Positions 49,697 to 63,552 of a stretch of DNA of 63,552 nucleotides are shown here, in pieces. The notes beneath the pieces are model-generated. The model did no database searches, was not told the DNA's origin, and saw only the letters and a list, made by a program, of their open reading frames with translations. Every line of letters starts with the position of its first letter. Positions within the stretch are counted from its first letter, which is position 1. The position numbers and the translations under genes were made by a program. This DNA is from Octopus bimaculoides (taxonomy: Eukaryota). The stretch lies in assembly GCF_001194135.2 (NCBI RefSeq), contig NC_068988.1:47295586-47359137 (forward strand). Direction: 5' to 3'.

Positions 49697-50670
49697 TAGC
49701 CAACTCTATATAATGGATAGGGTTATTATTTATGGTGTGTGTTAGGAGGAGGAAGAAATGTGAGTGGTTTAATTGGTGACGCAAGAATAATAAAAGACTG
49801 GACATGAGATGGAATCTCCACTACAACCTCTACCACCTCTACCACCACTTCCATTTGTACTACCACTGCTGTTGTGTCACTTTTCATATTTCAGAGGAGG
49901 CTGAGCATTCCGATTGTGTGTATGTATATTAATGCATGCTTCTATGCGGTGTAGGTAAGTGAAAGTTGTGGCGAAACCCCGCCACTTCCATTGTCATATA
50001 TTAAGAGTTTTGATGATGTCGACTATTATTCTCCAATGCTACCGTGGTATTATATACTGGATTGAAGGATCAGAATAACAAGATGTTTCCATTATCATAG
50101 TTCTATTCTTTGATCTGTGAACCAAAATCTCATAAGGTTATTTTCTAATCAAACAGCATCGATGTGCCAAAATGTAAATAACAGACTGCGTATTTCTTTG
50201 TCCTACTTCGTGTTTATGTGCGTAAGCGTATGTAAGCACGTTCATACGTGTGTGCGTGCGCGCACACGTGAAAGTAAATAGAGTTTAAAGCCCTTATCTA
50301 AAGATTTCATGCAGATAACAGTCATGCTGATATGATTTTAAACACATCAGATCCTGCACATTTTCATCATATCTCATGAACTGTAGAAAAAACAAGAACA
50401 GCATATAAGCATATCTTTTATAAGTACATGCTCACACACATATGTATATGAAAATTGGCATAGTTTTGATTGCTGGCTCTATCAAGTTTTGATTGCTGGC
50501 TCTATGAATGTCACATATATACATATATACCTATTCATATATATAATTATATACATACAAACTCACGTGCACATATTATTTCTGTATGCATGCATGTATG
50601 CTTGCGCACGCATGTACAATTGTGCTTCAGTTTGCACGGGACTTGTTTCACACGACTTCATTTTAGCACA

Positions 50671-50830
50671 CCGAGCTGGCAGAATTGTTAGCGCTTCGGA
50701 TGAAATGCTTTACGGTCTATGTTCCGGTTCCTCATGTGCCGTGTCGACGTTCCGTCAAAGTCAACTTTGGCATCGATATAAATGACTAATACCTTCCCCA
50801 TAAATTGCTGACCTTGTGTCAAAATGTGAA
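50671..50830 (+). mobile_element. SINE A, diverged (1 of 3 in tandem)
   Basis: CCGAGCTGGCAGAATTGTTAGC...AAATTGCTGACCTTGTGTCAAAA. Confidence 0.65.
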
Positions 50831-50866
50831 TATATTTTTAGTATTAGGACATTAATTTTTTAAAAG

Positions 50867-51057
50867 TGGTGAATTGGTAGGAGTGTTTGAATGCCGGACA
50901 TAAATTTTAGTCCCTATTTACTTTCTGCGTTTAAATTTCGACTGAAGTCGTCTTTGCGTTTCAGGCTCAATGAAATAAGAACCAATTACATAGGGGAGTC
51001 CATGCAATCGAAAATCTCCCTCTCGTAAAATTTCAGGCCAGGTGCTTGCAATAGAAT
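50867..51057 (+). mobile_element. SINE A, diverged (2 of 3 in tandem)
   Basis: GGTGAATTGGTAGGAGTGTT...GAAGTCGTCTTTGCGTTTC...AAATTTCAGGCCAGGTGC. Confidence 0.55.
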
Positions 51058-51073
51058 TAATGTTGTTATTAAC

Positions 51074-51409
<336 letters not shown>

Positions 51410-51724
51410 AGGAGTTCCATTTAATCATTTTCCTTTCGGTTTTTAATTTTCTATTCAGTTTACTTTCATTTCACTCTCCGATTGTAAGTCAAACGTAGAC
51501 CCAATTCTAAATTATTCACTCCAAGTCTAGTTATGCAAGAGAAATTGTAAGCGTACGTGCGGCTTGTAAAACCACAAGAATTGTTAAGTAACCACAAACT
51601 ATTAAATGCTTCTCGAGTGTCGAGAAAATACACGGAGAATGTTTTGCTATTTTTATTTAAGCATCGATAAAATAATAACAAATTCACCGTAACGACAACA
51701 AGGTAACATTTTGTGGCAGGGAAC

Positions 51725-51825
51725 AGTCGATCCTACCGTCTCTAGGCTTGACTGGTACATCATTTTCTCGACCTTAAACTGTTGAAAGGCGAAAGTGACC
51801 ACAGCTAGATTTGAACACTAAATGA
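51725..51825 (-). mobile_element. SINE A central fragment
   Basis: Minus strand GTTCAAATCTAGCTGTGGTCACTTTCGCCTTTCAAC...AAGGTCGAG...GTACCAG. Confidence 0.55.
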
Positions 51826-52307
51826 AATTAAGAGCAAGAAATAAATATCATTTTCTGTTCCAAGGTATTCAATTACTTTCGTTATAATCTTCATGCGGAG
51901 TACACCAACACTGTCGTATATGGAAAGATACGTCGAAAGAAAGAGTTTGTAATCCGTTCTCCATAATAATGTTTGCTTATGTTAGAATTCTTTTAGTATT
52001 TTGTTAAATATTTGTGTGAATGAAAAATAATTTCACATGCCAAGAAATTCGATTCCTCTGGAAATGTAAAATTATTATATTAAATCAAATTCAAAACGGA
52101 GAAATGATTGAACAGAAACTGCTGAACTGTTTACTATTGTTGAAAAAACAGCGAGAACAATTACAAGGAAGGCGTGGGAAAATTCGAAGCTAGTATAAAC
52201 AATGGATCTTCAATAAAATTAAAGCACACATAATGCATACGTAGTTATATTACTGAAAGAATGCAGAAAGGTCTGAATAGAAGATAAAACCCATTTATAT
52301 ATATCAA

Positions 52308-52309
<2 letters not shown>

Positions 52310-52360
<51 letters not shown>

Positions 52361-52410
52361 GTTTTCCTCTCTGTCAGTCTATCTATCGTTTATCTATCTA
52401 TCTATCTGTC
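52310..52410. repeat. (ATCT)n microsatellite
   Basis: Directly visible. Confidence 0.95.
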
Positions 52411-52541
52411 TTTCCTTCTTTCTCTCTCCCTTTTCTCTGTACACTCACACACGCGAAAACACATACATATATATATATATATGTGTGTGTGTAATTATAA
52501 ATATATGTCAATATGTATGTACTCACATACAAATATATATA

Positions 52542-53393
52542 AAAGGTGTCTCAGAAGTTACTATACCCTTTCTTTTTTCTATTTCGTTTCAGGTATGATT
52601 CGGAGAGATGTGAGGCCATCAGAATTTGACACCTTAGAGTTTGCAGTTTTTCCTTGCCTATGGCTCGTCAATTGACGTTAGAGCAGCGTTGCAAAATTGC
52701 TGCCTGGCAAGAAGTTTTTCAGTCACCTACTGCAGTTCATGGCATGTTTGAGAAGTTTTATGGTCGTCACAATGCTCCAACGAGTAGCACAAATTATGCT
52801 ATCCATAGCATGTTTCTCGAAACAGAATCTGTTCTTGACAAACCTCGCAGAGGAAAGCTTGCTACCAGGACCATCGATGAACAGTGAACCCCTAAAGCAA
52901 GCGCTCACGAAAAGCCAGTGCATGTCCATCCGATGGACGCACTGGAACTTAGCATTAACAAAAGCTCGATTCAGCGGATGCTTCGGAGAGTAATAAAGCT
53001 CTACTCGTACTGCGACTTCAGGTTGTTCAAACGTTTTAAGCGGAAGATTTTGATGCTCGTGTGTAAATGTGTGAATCACTCCTTCATCATTACCAAAACG
53101 ACTCTCAGTTCTTGGAAAACTTATGGTTCAGTGATGTGTCTATCTTTCATCTCTCTGGTAGGGTAAACCGACACAATTATCGAATTTGGGGAAAATCAAA
53201 ACGAGCAGAAATTCTCAAACATGAACAAGACTCTCCGAATTTGGGGCTATGGTGTGCCACGGGTAAGGGAATAATACACTTACAAAAACTGCAAACACTA
53301 AGGTGTCAAATTCTGATGGCCTCACGTCTAGGTGAATGATACCTAAAACGAAATAAATAAAAGAAAGTGTATAGTGACTTTTGGGATGTCTTG
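52542..53393 (+). mobile_element. Internally deleted rosa/DD41D-like Tc1/mariner element with ~110-bp TIRs
   Basis: TIRs 52542-52651 and 53284-53393 share GTGAGGCCATCAGAATTTGACACCTTAG; TA flanks; peptides MARQLTLEQRCKI...FYGRHNAP and LWFSDVSIFHLSGRVNRHNYRIWG...LWCA. Second D and E/D regions are missing. Confidence 0.85.
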
Positions 53394-53969
53394 TATATAT
53401 TTATTTATATAGAGCTTCATATGTATATTAACGCATAAGTATATGTGTATAAATAGACAGGCAGACAAACAGACAGATAGATCGGCAGGTAGATAAAGAT
53501 AAGTATATCAACATATGTGTCTGTGCTACCCCACGATTTCTCCATTTATTATGCCGATTCCATTAAAATAACTGTTGTATTTTCTTCTTATTAATAATGT
53601 TAAAACCGTGTGTTCTTCGTAGTACACCATTTCGATATGTACGATGATAAACTGAACAGATCGACCGTGAAAATCATGGGACATCTGTATATACATACAT
53701 ATTTTTATACATACATACATACATACATAAAAGTTCTTGTTTATACGAGTAATTACTGAGACACTGAGAGATGTAATACGTTGCCTAAATACTAATCCTA
53801 AGAAATTAGGCTTCCCAAATCAGAAAGGAGAAAGTTGATTCGGAGACTACAAATCTAATCCATTATTGGGAGTGTAAACATCTGTAAAACTTTTCAGAAG
53901 TTTACTATTTAAGTGTATATCAGCATGTCTCGATATGCAACTATTCGCAAGAGTATACATACATACATA

Positions 53970-54181
53970 CAAAAATATCCTGTTGATGTTGTTGAAATTC
54001 CAATGAAGGAACCTTGAATCTAGGTTAGGAACTGACTCATTCTCTATTGGCAAGAAATTTTGAAATAAAACTGATGAATGACATACATACATACATACAT
54101 GCATGCATACGTACATACATACATGCATGCATACATACATACATACATACATACATACATACATACATACATACATACATA
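53970..54181 (+). mobile_element. Possible LINE 3' end with (CATA)n tail
   Basis: A unique ~110-bp segment ending AAATAAAACTGATGAATGA directly followed by (CATA)n; family recalled from memory only. Confidence 0.35.
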
Positions 54182-55105
54182 GACTCAGGCAAGGCTTGTG
54201 CTAAAGGAATATGGTGAAATCATATGCGAAATTGACAGGCATGTTTGCAGTATTGTATTATTACTCTGGGTATTTGAGTAAAGCTTGTCAATTGCTCATA
54301 GCTATAATTACAATTATAAAAACATGCTTAAATATAAATTAATATAGACGTATGGATGTATAAATGAATAGGGAGATAGACAGATTATGAGTGAAAGGAT
54401 AATTAGGTAATAATTGACCTTACACTCATATACTGACAGTTATATTTTCATTCTAACACTATATAGCTTAATTCCTCATGATCCTGCTATCAATAAAGCT
54501 CTATGTATGTTTCAATATGTAATCCTATCTCACTGTCTTTATCTTTTTCTTTCATTCACATTATCTTTGCATAATTCATTCCATATGCAAGTAAACGCCA
54601 TCATGATTGATAGGTACTACACTTGCCTTTATATATTTATTCAAACTCTTTGTCGCTATAAATTGTTTAATGTTATAGCAGTTACTAAAAGCAGAAGAAA
54701 GGAGATATAAGTCTAGTGATAGAGGAGAACACTCCTCTTCATATAAATATAACTTCAATGTTATGTATTGAGCATTTTTATGCTTTTGTTAGCAAGTTCA
54801 GAAACACACTTCCCCTACCCTACACATATTACAGCAAGTCAGCGGAAACACCGAAGCCACAATCAATATTTGTTTCTTGAAAAACTTAATAAAAATGTAC
54901 TCTACTAAAAATATGGAGTGATTTTTTAATCTAATCTTAAATTGTTTTTATATAAAAATTCGTACGCAAGCAAACATTGATATATATATANNNNNNNNNN
55001 NNNNNNNNNNNNNNNNNNNNNNNNNNNNNNNNNNNNNNNNNNNNNNNNNNNNNNNNNNNNNNNNNNNNNNNNNNNNNNNNNNNNNNNNNNNNNNNNNNNN
55101 NNNNN

Positions 55106-55176
<71 letters not shown>

Positions 55177-55392
55177 ATGTATATATACGCACATGGTAAA
55201 AGAATGAGAGAGTGAGATATGAAATATTGAACCTAATATGACACTGCTACATTATTAATTCTGAACTGTGAAGTATTGAACCCTGAAGACAAAAAACAGA
55301 ATGAATGATTCTAAGTCATTCTGTCCAAGTTGTATATAAGCTAGTCGCCTTACTCATATATTATGCAGATGCAGATATGTAAAATTATATAT

Positions 55393-56282
55393 ACAAGATG
55401 TAGGAGTTCTCAAATTGTTTTCAGGAGAGACAGTTACTAATTTAAAAGAACTAAAAACTCTATTCTCCTTCAAAGTAGCTACATCTAACTTCAATGCACT
55501 TATGACGTTCCGACTACTTCGTGAAGGCCCCATGGAAATCATTCAAAACGAAGGTTCCACAAACCTTGTCATAACCGTCTTCATCTCCGAAACGACTGCC
55601 ATTGAAGTTCACCTGCAGCTTGAGGAACAACCAAATGTCACGGGAAGCATGGTCTAAAGAGTAGGGAGGGTAAGTGATAGTTCTGATGCCCACCTCTGCC
55701 AGATAGTTTGTTAACAGGGCACTCGTCACTGAGCACCCTAGGAGCGAACTTTTCGCAAATTTTACGCATGTTCATATCTTAATGAATGATTCTGTGTACA
55801 ATTGTCACATCAACTATAAACTGTATCGTTATTCTCGTTATAGACACATATCGGTCTTCATCTAGAAAACAACGAATTTATTTACTAAATCTGGTGTTCT
55901 GACGTCCGTCTCCTTCCCATATTCGTCAACGTCTCTCAACTAAAGTCTACCGTCCTTGAGCCACAAAAAAGTTAATCCATAAGTTATCTGGAGCTTTTCA
56001 GATGTTTTTGTATCACTGTTGTCGAGTTTAGCACAAAACTTCATTGCTTAGGGAGCTCCTAAATGTCCCGACTGCATTCTGTGAACTAGTTAACTGTGAC
56101 AAGTCGTCTTTAAAAATATGCATTCAGAGGGCTGTTACAGCCGTCTCCTGCAACCTGGAATACCAAAAGTTGGCAGGTGAGATTATTCGATGTATATTAA
56201 TGACGTACTAAAAACACAATTATATGAAACAGTTATAACTGCCTCTCCTAATAAAGTCTGAAAACTTATGGAATGCACCTGA
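55393..56282 (-). mobile_element. Internally deleted mariner (DD34D-type) element
   Basis: AMKFCAKL...MRKICEKFAPRVLSDE joined directly to TYPPYSLDHASRDIWLFLKL...GSRF and KCIEVRCSYFEGE*; right TIR TA|TCAGGTGCATTCCATAAGTTTTCAGAC; left TIR decayed. Confidence 0.8.
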
Positions 56283-57022
56283 TACATCATATATGTGTGT
56301 TTCAAAGTTTCTATCGTAAAAACAAAACAAAAACAAAAAAAAAGAAACAACCAGAGATATTACATTGCAGCAACATATTCGAAGCTAACAACTATGCATC
56401 TCCATAAAATTTTAGACAACATTCACGTACACTCATAAATTTTTAAATCCATGTAAGTTGAAGAATATGCACAAAACCATCATTTGAAATGGCTTGTATT
56501 GAAGGTTATATAAAAACTGAAGAATGCTTGCGATGCAACCGTTCTTCAATTGCAAAGAATAAAAGGTTCTACATTAGTTACAAAAGCAAGAGAGGTATGA
56601 TTTGGATCGCTCTCAATAACAATTTGATTTCAACCTCTCGGTAAATCACAAACTAATTTTATTACTACCTGTTCTTCGCTATCTCTTTTCTTTTACTCTG
56701 CTAAAAGACTATGGGGCAATAATCGTTTCATTTTATACCTTCCCTATCTCAGCTAATTCTGTGAAGGCGATAATTTAATTAAATTGCAAATGTTTAATGC
56801 TCGCTCCTGGATTCATACCAAATCAAAATAGCAGCAATTTACAAATTCACGATTAAACGAAAAATTAACTGAAAAAAAAAATTAAGCCATTAAATGCATG
56901 AAGACAATATACTTTCTTTTTTGTTGTTCAGTAACGGAAACTTAAAAGTATAAAATTTATGGATTCTTGGCCAGACAATTCTCTGTCTCTCAACCATTGA
57001 GAAGAATAGCGCATATATATAT

Positions 57023-57065
<43 letters not shown>

Positions 57066-57282
57066 NNNNNNNNNNNNNNNNNNNNNNNNNNNNNNNNNNN
57101 NNNNNNNNNNNNNNNNNNNNNNNNNNNNNNNNNNNNNNNNNNNNNNNNNNNNNNNNNNNNNNNNNNNNNNNNNNNNATATATATATATATATATATATAT
57201 ACATACATACATATATATATATGTGTTTAAAAATGTATATAGCCTTGGTTACTAAGGTATTTTGCTTGTATTTACATTCTTT

Positions 57283-57495
57283 CCGGAGAGCTGGTAGAAT
57301 CATTAGCACGCCGGGCGAAATGCCTAGCGGTATTTCGTCTGCGACTACGTTCTGAGTTGAAATTCCGCCGAGGTCAACTTTACCTTTCATCCGTTAAGGG
57401 TCAATGAATTAAGTACCAGTGAAGGACTGGGGTCGATGTAATCGACTAGACCCCTCCCCATATTTCAGGCCTGTGCCTATAGTAGAAAAGATTAT
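57283..57495 (+). mobile_element. SINE A
   Basis: GAGCTGGTAGAATCATTAGCACGCCGGGCGAAATGCCTAGC...GCCGAGGTCAACTTTACCTTTCATCC...GGGGTCGATGTAATCGAC. Confidence 0.9.
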
Positions 57496-57499
57496 CAAT

Positions 57500-58050
57500 G
57501 CCCAAACTAGTTATCGTTGTTGTTTTACTTTTTTGGTAAAGATCATTTCAGTACTTTCTTATTGGGGATGATGGATTTTGGTTTCATTGTTACAAGTAAT
57601 TTTCGTTGACGATATTGTTGGTTCTTTATTTGTTGCTATTGTTGTCGCTATTACTGAACCTGTTGCAGTGATTGAGGCTTCTATTGTCACTAGTATTGTT
57701 GGTGCTGTAGATCTTAAACCTAGCCTTCGCCGCTATTATTAGTGATTTTTATTGGTGTAACATGTTTTGTTATTGACCATGATATGTTACTATTGTTGCT
57801 AATTTTACAAAGTTATTACCGTAGAGCCCCAACTGCTACTGCTATCGTTTTTGTTGTACTGATTGTTGTTCTCCATATTAGGATTATTGTTGTTGTTAAT
57901 ACTGTCATTTTTGTTGTTCTGAATGTTTTGTTCTTCTTTAACTAAGATTACTATTACTTTCGTTGCTGTTGCTGTTGATGTTCTTGTAGCACAGCTGGTT
58001 TTCTTGTACTTGTTGGCACTTTCAGTTTTGTTATTGTCTCTTTATTGTTT
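57500..58050. repeat. Degenerate (GTT/ATT/GCT)n low-complexity tract
   Basis: Directly visible periodicity of three. Confidence 0.7.
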
Positions 58051-58555
58051 TTTGTTTTTAATTTCAAGATGCTGCTTCTTCCTCTGCTCCACCCTGCATT
58101 CAAAAAGAAACGGAAAAGGAGGAGATAAATTCAAACATAAGAGGCAGGGCACAACATATTTATTGCCTGACATTCCAGTGCTTACTTTTAAAAGCAAGAA
58201 TGCAAAAAATAAAAATAAAACAAAAACACTCAAACAAAGTAACCAAAAGGGAAAATGTGAAGCCCAACCCCCTTGCAAAAATCAAAAGGTGGAAAAAACA
58301 AACTTCAAAAAATGAACGAATAAATAGAGAAAATAAATAAATGAATAACATCCTAGCTGTCATGAAGTGATGGGAGTGGACTAGAATAAAACAGAATATT
58401 TGCCACCACCTATAACAACACAAAAACCTCAACTATCATTTTGTCCCTACTCAGAAGCGTGGAACGTATGTATATATACTGACAGACTTACAACTATACA
58501 TATGTGCATATTTGTGTAGTTGTGTATATGAACATTTGATACACACACACACACA

Positions 58556-58606
<51 letters not shown>

Positions 58607-58902
58607 NNNNNNNNNNNNNNNNNNNNNNNNNNNNNNNNNNNNNNNNNNNNNNNNNNNNNNNNNNNNNNNNNNNNNNNNNNNNNNNNNNNNNNNNNNNNNN
58701 NNNNNNNNNNNNNNNNNNNNNNNNNNNNNNNNNNNNNNNNNNNNNNNNNNNNNNNNNNNNNNNNNNNNNNNNNNNNNNNNNNNNNNNNNNNNNNNNNNNN
58801 NNNNNNNNNNNNNNNNNNNNNNNNNNNNNNNNNNNNNNNNNNNNNNNNNNNNNNNNNNNNNNNNNNNNNNNNNNNNNNNNNNNNNNNNNNNNNNNNNNNN
58901 NN

Positions 58903-58945
<43 letters not shown>

Positions 58946-59315
58946 GAGTATGTGTGTTTATGCTGATACTGCATGATGTTGAAAATTACAGCCATAAATA
59001 ATGTTACAAAACATATTAGATTCCTCCTCACAGCAAGTTAACCTCCGAACTAGGAGAGTGTTCACCAATTTCTTTGGCTCTTCTTATTTCTTGATTTGCT
59101 TTTGTCTGTTTTGAAATGTTCGTTTTATTTTTACTTAATATTACAGTCATCATCATTAATATTATTGCTGCTATTTTGTTGCTGTAGTTGTTGTTGTTTT
59201 CAAGATTGCTTATATAAACCATAAAATATGAGCTAAGATTAGAAAAAGAATAAATATTACAAGTCAGAGAAAAAAATCAGTATCCATACTTCTATCCATC
59301 TTCCCATGTATTCAC

Positions 59316-59340
59316 CTATGTATGTATGTATGTATGTATG

Positions 59341-59396
<56 letters not shown>

Positions 59397-59450
59397 CATC
59401 CATCTATTTGTTCATCCATCTATTCTTTTATCCATCCGTCCATCCATCAG
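59316..59450. repeat. (TATG)n(TATC)n(CATC)n compound microsatellite
   Basis: Directly visible. Confidence 0.95.
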
Positions 59451-61017
59451 TCCACCTCCGTCTATCAATCTACCTATCTCCTTTTCTGTCTCTGCCTATC
59501 CATTTTAAAATTTCTTTATCAATTTATCTTTTTAAGCACGCTTCTCCTTATCAATCTATTTTCATTTATAAATCTTTCCCTCTCACTACTTATTTACATT
59601 TATATCTATCTCACTATCACTGCACTTATCTCTCTATCTACATGTTTGTTACGTATATATTTAAGAGTAGTTGCATGAGCGCTTGCATGCATGCATGTAT
59701 GCATACATGTACGTATGAACGCGTACATGTGAGCATACATTTTCCATGTGTGTACGCATGCATTTATGAAAGATAGCAGAGATTGAACTTATACACATGT
59801 GAAAGGAGGTGTAGAAAATGAATGAAGTATGGAGGAGAAATTAGAAAAGAAAGAAAAAACTGTTGGAGGATTTTCAAGAATAAAACTAGCAAGAACATAA
59901 TCCAATAAATATCAAAACAATGACAACAATAACGTGTATAAATAGCTACTCCCTTTTTCTCTCCCTTTATAATATAAAATATAGTGCCTGTTGAATGAAG
60001 TGACGCATAGCAAAACGTACGGACATTTTCTCAAGTTCTATGCTGTAATTATCTTAATGCTGACGTCTTTCCTTTATTTCTAACTACATACTTAGTATTA
60101 CTTCTTGCCTATTCAATGTTTTCAACAGTAAACACTGTTTATGATATATGTGTGTATGCGTGTGTGAGTGAGTGTGTGTGTGTGTGTATGTGTGTGTGTG
60201 TGTGTTTATGTGCGTGTGTGTGTGTTGAAATGATGACGTGAGTATATATACAAATATAAGGTGCAGACTTGACATAAAGCCGAGTTATTGAAGAGAGTGT
60301 ATCTGCCAGTATGCTCATGATTACATGCATACATATATACTTACATACATACATTCATACATACATACTCATATACATACATACATAATACATATATATA
60401 TAAACAATATATGAGTATATGCATATATATGTACATGTATGTATATACGTTCATCTACACGTACATATAGATACATAACTGGGTACATGACGTGGCAAAA
60501 GAACAAGGACAAAATGGTAAACAAGGTGCGACAAACAAGCAGGCCACATAGAAACATCCCCTTCATCAGCTGCCATCATTAAAACTCCGGCGTTTCGAAG
60601 AATTAAGGCAGTACGCATCGTTAAAATGGTTCTTCCCACGAACACAAATTAAATTGTTTTCGTGGAGGGTAGTAGCGGACGGAAAACAAGACAGGAAAAC
60701 GAAACGGTGAAATAAACAAACAATACATATATATACATACATACATACATACATATNNNNNNNNNNNNNTATGTTCATATATTTACGTATATATGTGTGT
60801 CATATTTTTATATTTCCTGAAATCTTCCCACATGAAAGAAATGGCTCCCGGCAAAAAAAAAAATAGAGTGTAACTAGATAAATCTCCAATGCTGCAATGT
60901 ACATAACAAATGAAGAGTCACATGATAGACTTTAAAAAAGTCTCGTATGTATTTACTATTCGTTTACAGATTGATTTTAAAAAATCTCTCTTGGCTGCTT
61001 GCTGAAAACTACAAGTA

Positions 61018-62296
61018 TCAGGTTGAGTAAAAAATAAACAACGTTTCGAACCATGAAGAATTTGTTCCGGATTTTTGCAGATTTTTTTATTTTTTAAAAA
61101 TATTATTTTGCAGTTATCTGATAAAACAGGCATAGACTTGCCCAAATGCATCAATAAATCAACATTGATATTTTTTTCACCGTTATAATCGTCTGAAATG
61201 AAACTGTCAAAGCGCGATATTCGAGCAATTTTACTATTCAACTTCAAAAAAGGACGTAATGCAACTGAAACTGCTTGCTATACCAACGAATCGTTTGGTG
61301 AGGAAATGACTAGTGAGTGGTCAGCTCGAAAATGGTTTAAACGATTTCGCAGTGGAGACCTGAGCCCTGAAGCTTGTAAGCGTAGTGGATGCCCATCTGC
61401 CATCGATGACGGTCAGTTAAAGACAGTCATTGAGAAAGACTAGGTAAAACCACTCGAGAACTGGCAAAATAACTTCAAGTTAGCCAGAAAACTGCCTGCA
61501 ACCATTTGCATGTGATCGGAAATTAAAAAAAGGCTTGACAAATGTGTACCACAGGAATAGGATGAAAATCAGAAAATGTGTAGGTATGAAATTTGTTCGT
61601 CGCTTCTTCTCCGTAATCAGACCGATCCATTTTTCAACTGTATTGTAACTTGCGACGAAAATGAATTCTGTAAAATAATATAAAAACATTCTTAGCAGTG
61701 GTTGGACCAAAATTAAGCACCGAAAACCTTCCCTAAATTCGAGTTCTTGAAAAGAAAGGATATGATTGTTTGGTGGTTTACTGCTGGACTCATCCACTAT
61801 AACTTCGTAAAACCTGGAAAAAATATTACTGCAGAAACATACTGCCGTGACATTACCGAATTGAGCGAAAAGCTGCTACCCCTCCGTCCTAGACTGGTCA
61901 ACAGAAGAGGGCCAATCATTCTTCATGAAAATGCTCGACCACCATTTCACTAATGACGCTCCAGAAGATGAGGAAACTTGGCAACGAAGTTCTTCCCCAC
62001 CCAGCTTATTCTCCAGACCTTTCTCCTACCGACTATTCCCTTGTCAAGCATCTTCATGGTTTCCTGGGGAAGAAGAAATTCAAAAATCAAACCGATGCTG
62101 AAAGTGCGTTCAAAGAGTTCATCAGGTTCAGAACTCCAGATTTTTATGTTACCAGAATAAAGAAACCTGTAACTCGTTGGCAAAAATGTGCTGATTGTAA
62201 TGGTACTTATTTTGTTGAATAAAATTTCCGCATTGGTGAAATACATTATGATGAATTTCATGTTTCAAAACATTGCTTACGTTTTACTCAGCCTGG
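61018..62296 (+). mobile_element. Full-length defective mariner element (1279 bp, ~41-bp TIRs, TA target duplication)
   Basis: TA|TCAGGTTGAGTAAAAAATAAACAACGTTTCGAACCATGAA and, on the minus strand, TA|CCAGGCTGAGTAAAACGTAAGCAATGTTTTGAAACATGAA. Confidence 0.95.
61198..62222 (+). pseudogene. Mariner (DD34D-type) transposase pseudogene
   Basis: MKLSKRDIRAILLFNFKKG...WFKRFRSGD, CVPQE (WVPHEL), VTCDE, LHENARP, HPAYSPDLSPTDY, RWQKC...NGTYFVE*; stops and frameshifts. Confidence 0.95.
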
Positions 62297-62371
62297 TAAA
62301 TATATGATCTGGTTTGAGATAGCTTAGTGTTAAGCAGATTAGCTTTCACGCTTATGGTCATGTATCTGCTT

Positions 62372-62535
62372 CTTTTATTCGACTGCAGTGTTAAGGGCTG
62401 TAACAATGAATGATTTTAGACGACCATATCAGACCTAATACTTATCTTTAGGTCTTGCGCACATTTTACCAGTCTGTTTTTCGAACCACTAGGTTACGGG
62501 ACACAATCACAAACCACTGGCTTCAAGTGATATCG
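62372..62535 (-). mobile_element. Diverged SINE tail C
   Basis: TTTTTCGAACCACTAGGTTACGGGACAC...CTTCAAGTGA parallels 18490-18560. Confidence 0.55.
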
Positions 62536-63397
62536 TTTCTATAAAAGGGAGTTCAAGAGAAACACACGTAATTACACGCATGTAGATACATAGGTAGATG
62601 AGACTCATAGCTATAGACACAGAAATTTAAACTCTATTTAAAATAATATTTTTAAGAATTGATTAATATCTCTTAATATAGGTAAAATATCAGCAAACCA
62701 AAAAATTTTCCTAATTAATACTTTATTTAAGATGAGGTTGTGGAGTTCTGCAGTTTCAAGAATGAAAACTAAAATTACTTCTGTTAATCCCACAAACAGA
62801 TTAGTCAACATTGTAGAATGCACTACTAAAAAAATTTCCTAACAGAGTTAATACTAAATGGTCATAGATTTACATACTTAACTACCCTTCAAATAGAACA
62901 GTGTGACACATCTACTGGTGATAAATCCAAAGGAATTACCAGAAACCAAAGCTGTATTAGCAAGTGTAACGGCACTAGCCTTTCGCGCTTTCACTTAGAT
63001 ATTAAAAGACTACCCAAGAAAGTAGTCCATGAATGCAAAAGCAAAACTGCTTATCCGGTAAAAACAACATTGGTGAGACAGCACACAACTACAAAGCATG
63101 ATAAAAGCAGCATATTAAAAATTATTCAACACGCATAACATCATTTTCTGCATATTACTAGTACTTATATAGATAGAAAGACAGGTAGACAGACATACAG
63201 ATAGATATATAGATAGATAGACACGAACGCATATTTATATAATGTAATATATTATATATTATATTATTGTGATTACTTAAATGAAGATATTTCGTTTCTG
63301 TGCTATGCTGAGTAGATTTCCTTTGTGTAAAACATATTTAGTATAATTCACAGAAAAAAATGAGTCATATATGTAGAGGCAGGTAATAAATTTACAT

Positions 63398-63451
<54 letters not shown>

Positions 63452-63552
63452 CATATATAGGCAAAAGTAAAGTTATGTAATAAATCTAAAATATTATGTA
63501 TATTTTATATATATAGATATAAGTATAGATATACGTATATATATATATATAT

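Noticed and set aside
60540-60620. CGAAAC followed by CTGATGA on the minus strand (possible type II hammerhead)
   Set aside because: Stems I and II do not close in that permutation.

Overview
Eukaryotic, AT-rich, repeat-saturated genomic DNA with 13 N-gaps. It is most likely an octopus scaffold, inferred from SINE families that resemble the octopus tRNA-derived OK/OR group and from the extreme microsatellite density; this was not verified by search. I find no intact protein-coding gene, rRNA, true tRNA gene or CRISPR array. Nearly all ORFs in the supplied track are microsatellite or N artefacts, or transposon fragments. The window holds many copies of three tRNA-headed SINE types (my working labels A, B/C and D), a Helitron remnant with a helicase C-terminus, a stack of three R4/Dong-like retrotransposon 3' ends inside (TAA)n tracts, RTE-like and Gypsy-like fragments, and a hAT-like remnant. 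It also holds four Tc1/mariner elements: a Tc1 with DD36E spacing, a long-TIR rosa-like element and two mariners. The most interesting non-standard signals are several minimal hammerhead-ribozyme-like motifs of the Penelope/retrozyme type (best at 32435-32479, plus a two-strand U3-A8-type pair in a hairpin at 23771-23866) and an ~844-bp imperfect palindrome at 40560-41403. All family assignments come from motif recognition by eye and need Dfam/Repbase/Rfam confirmation.
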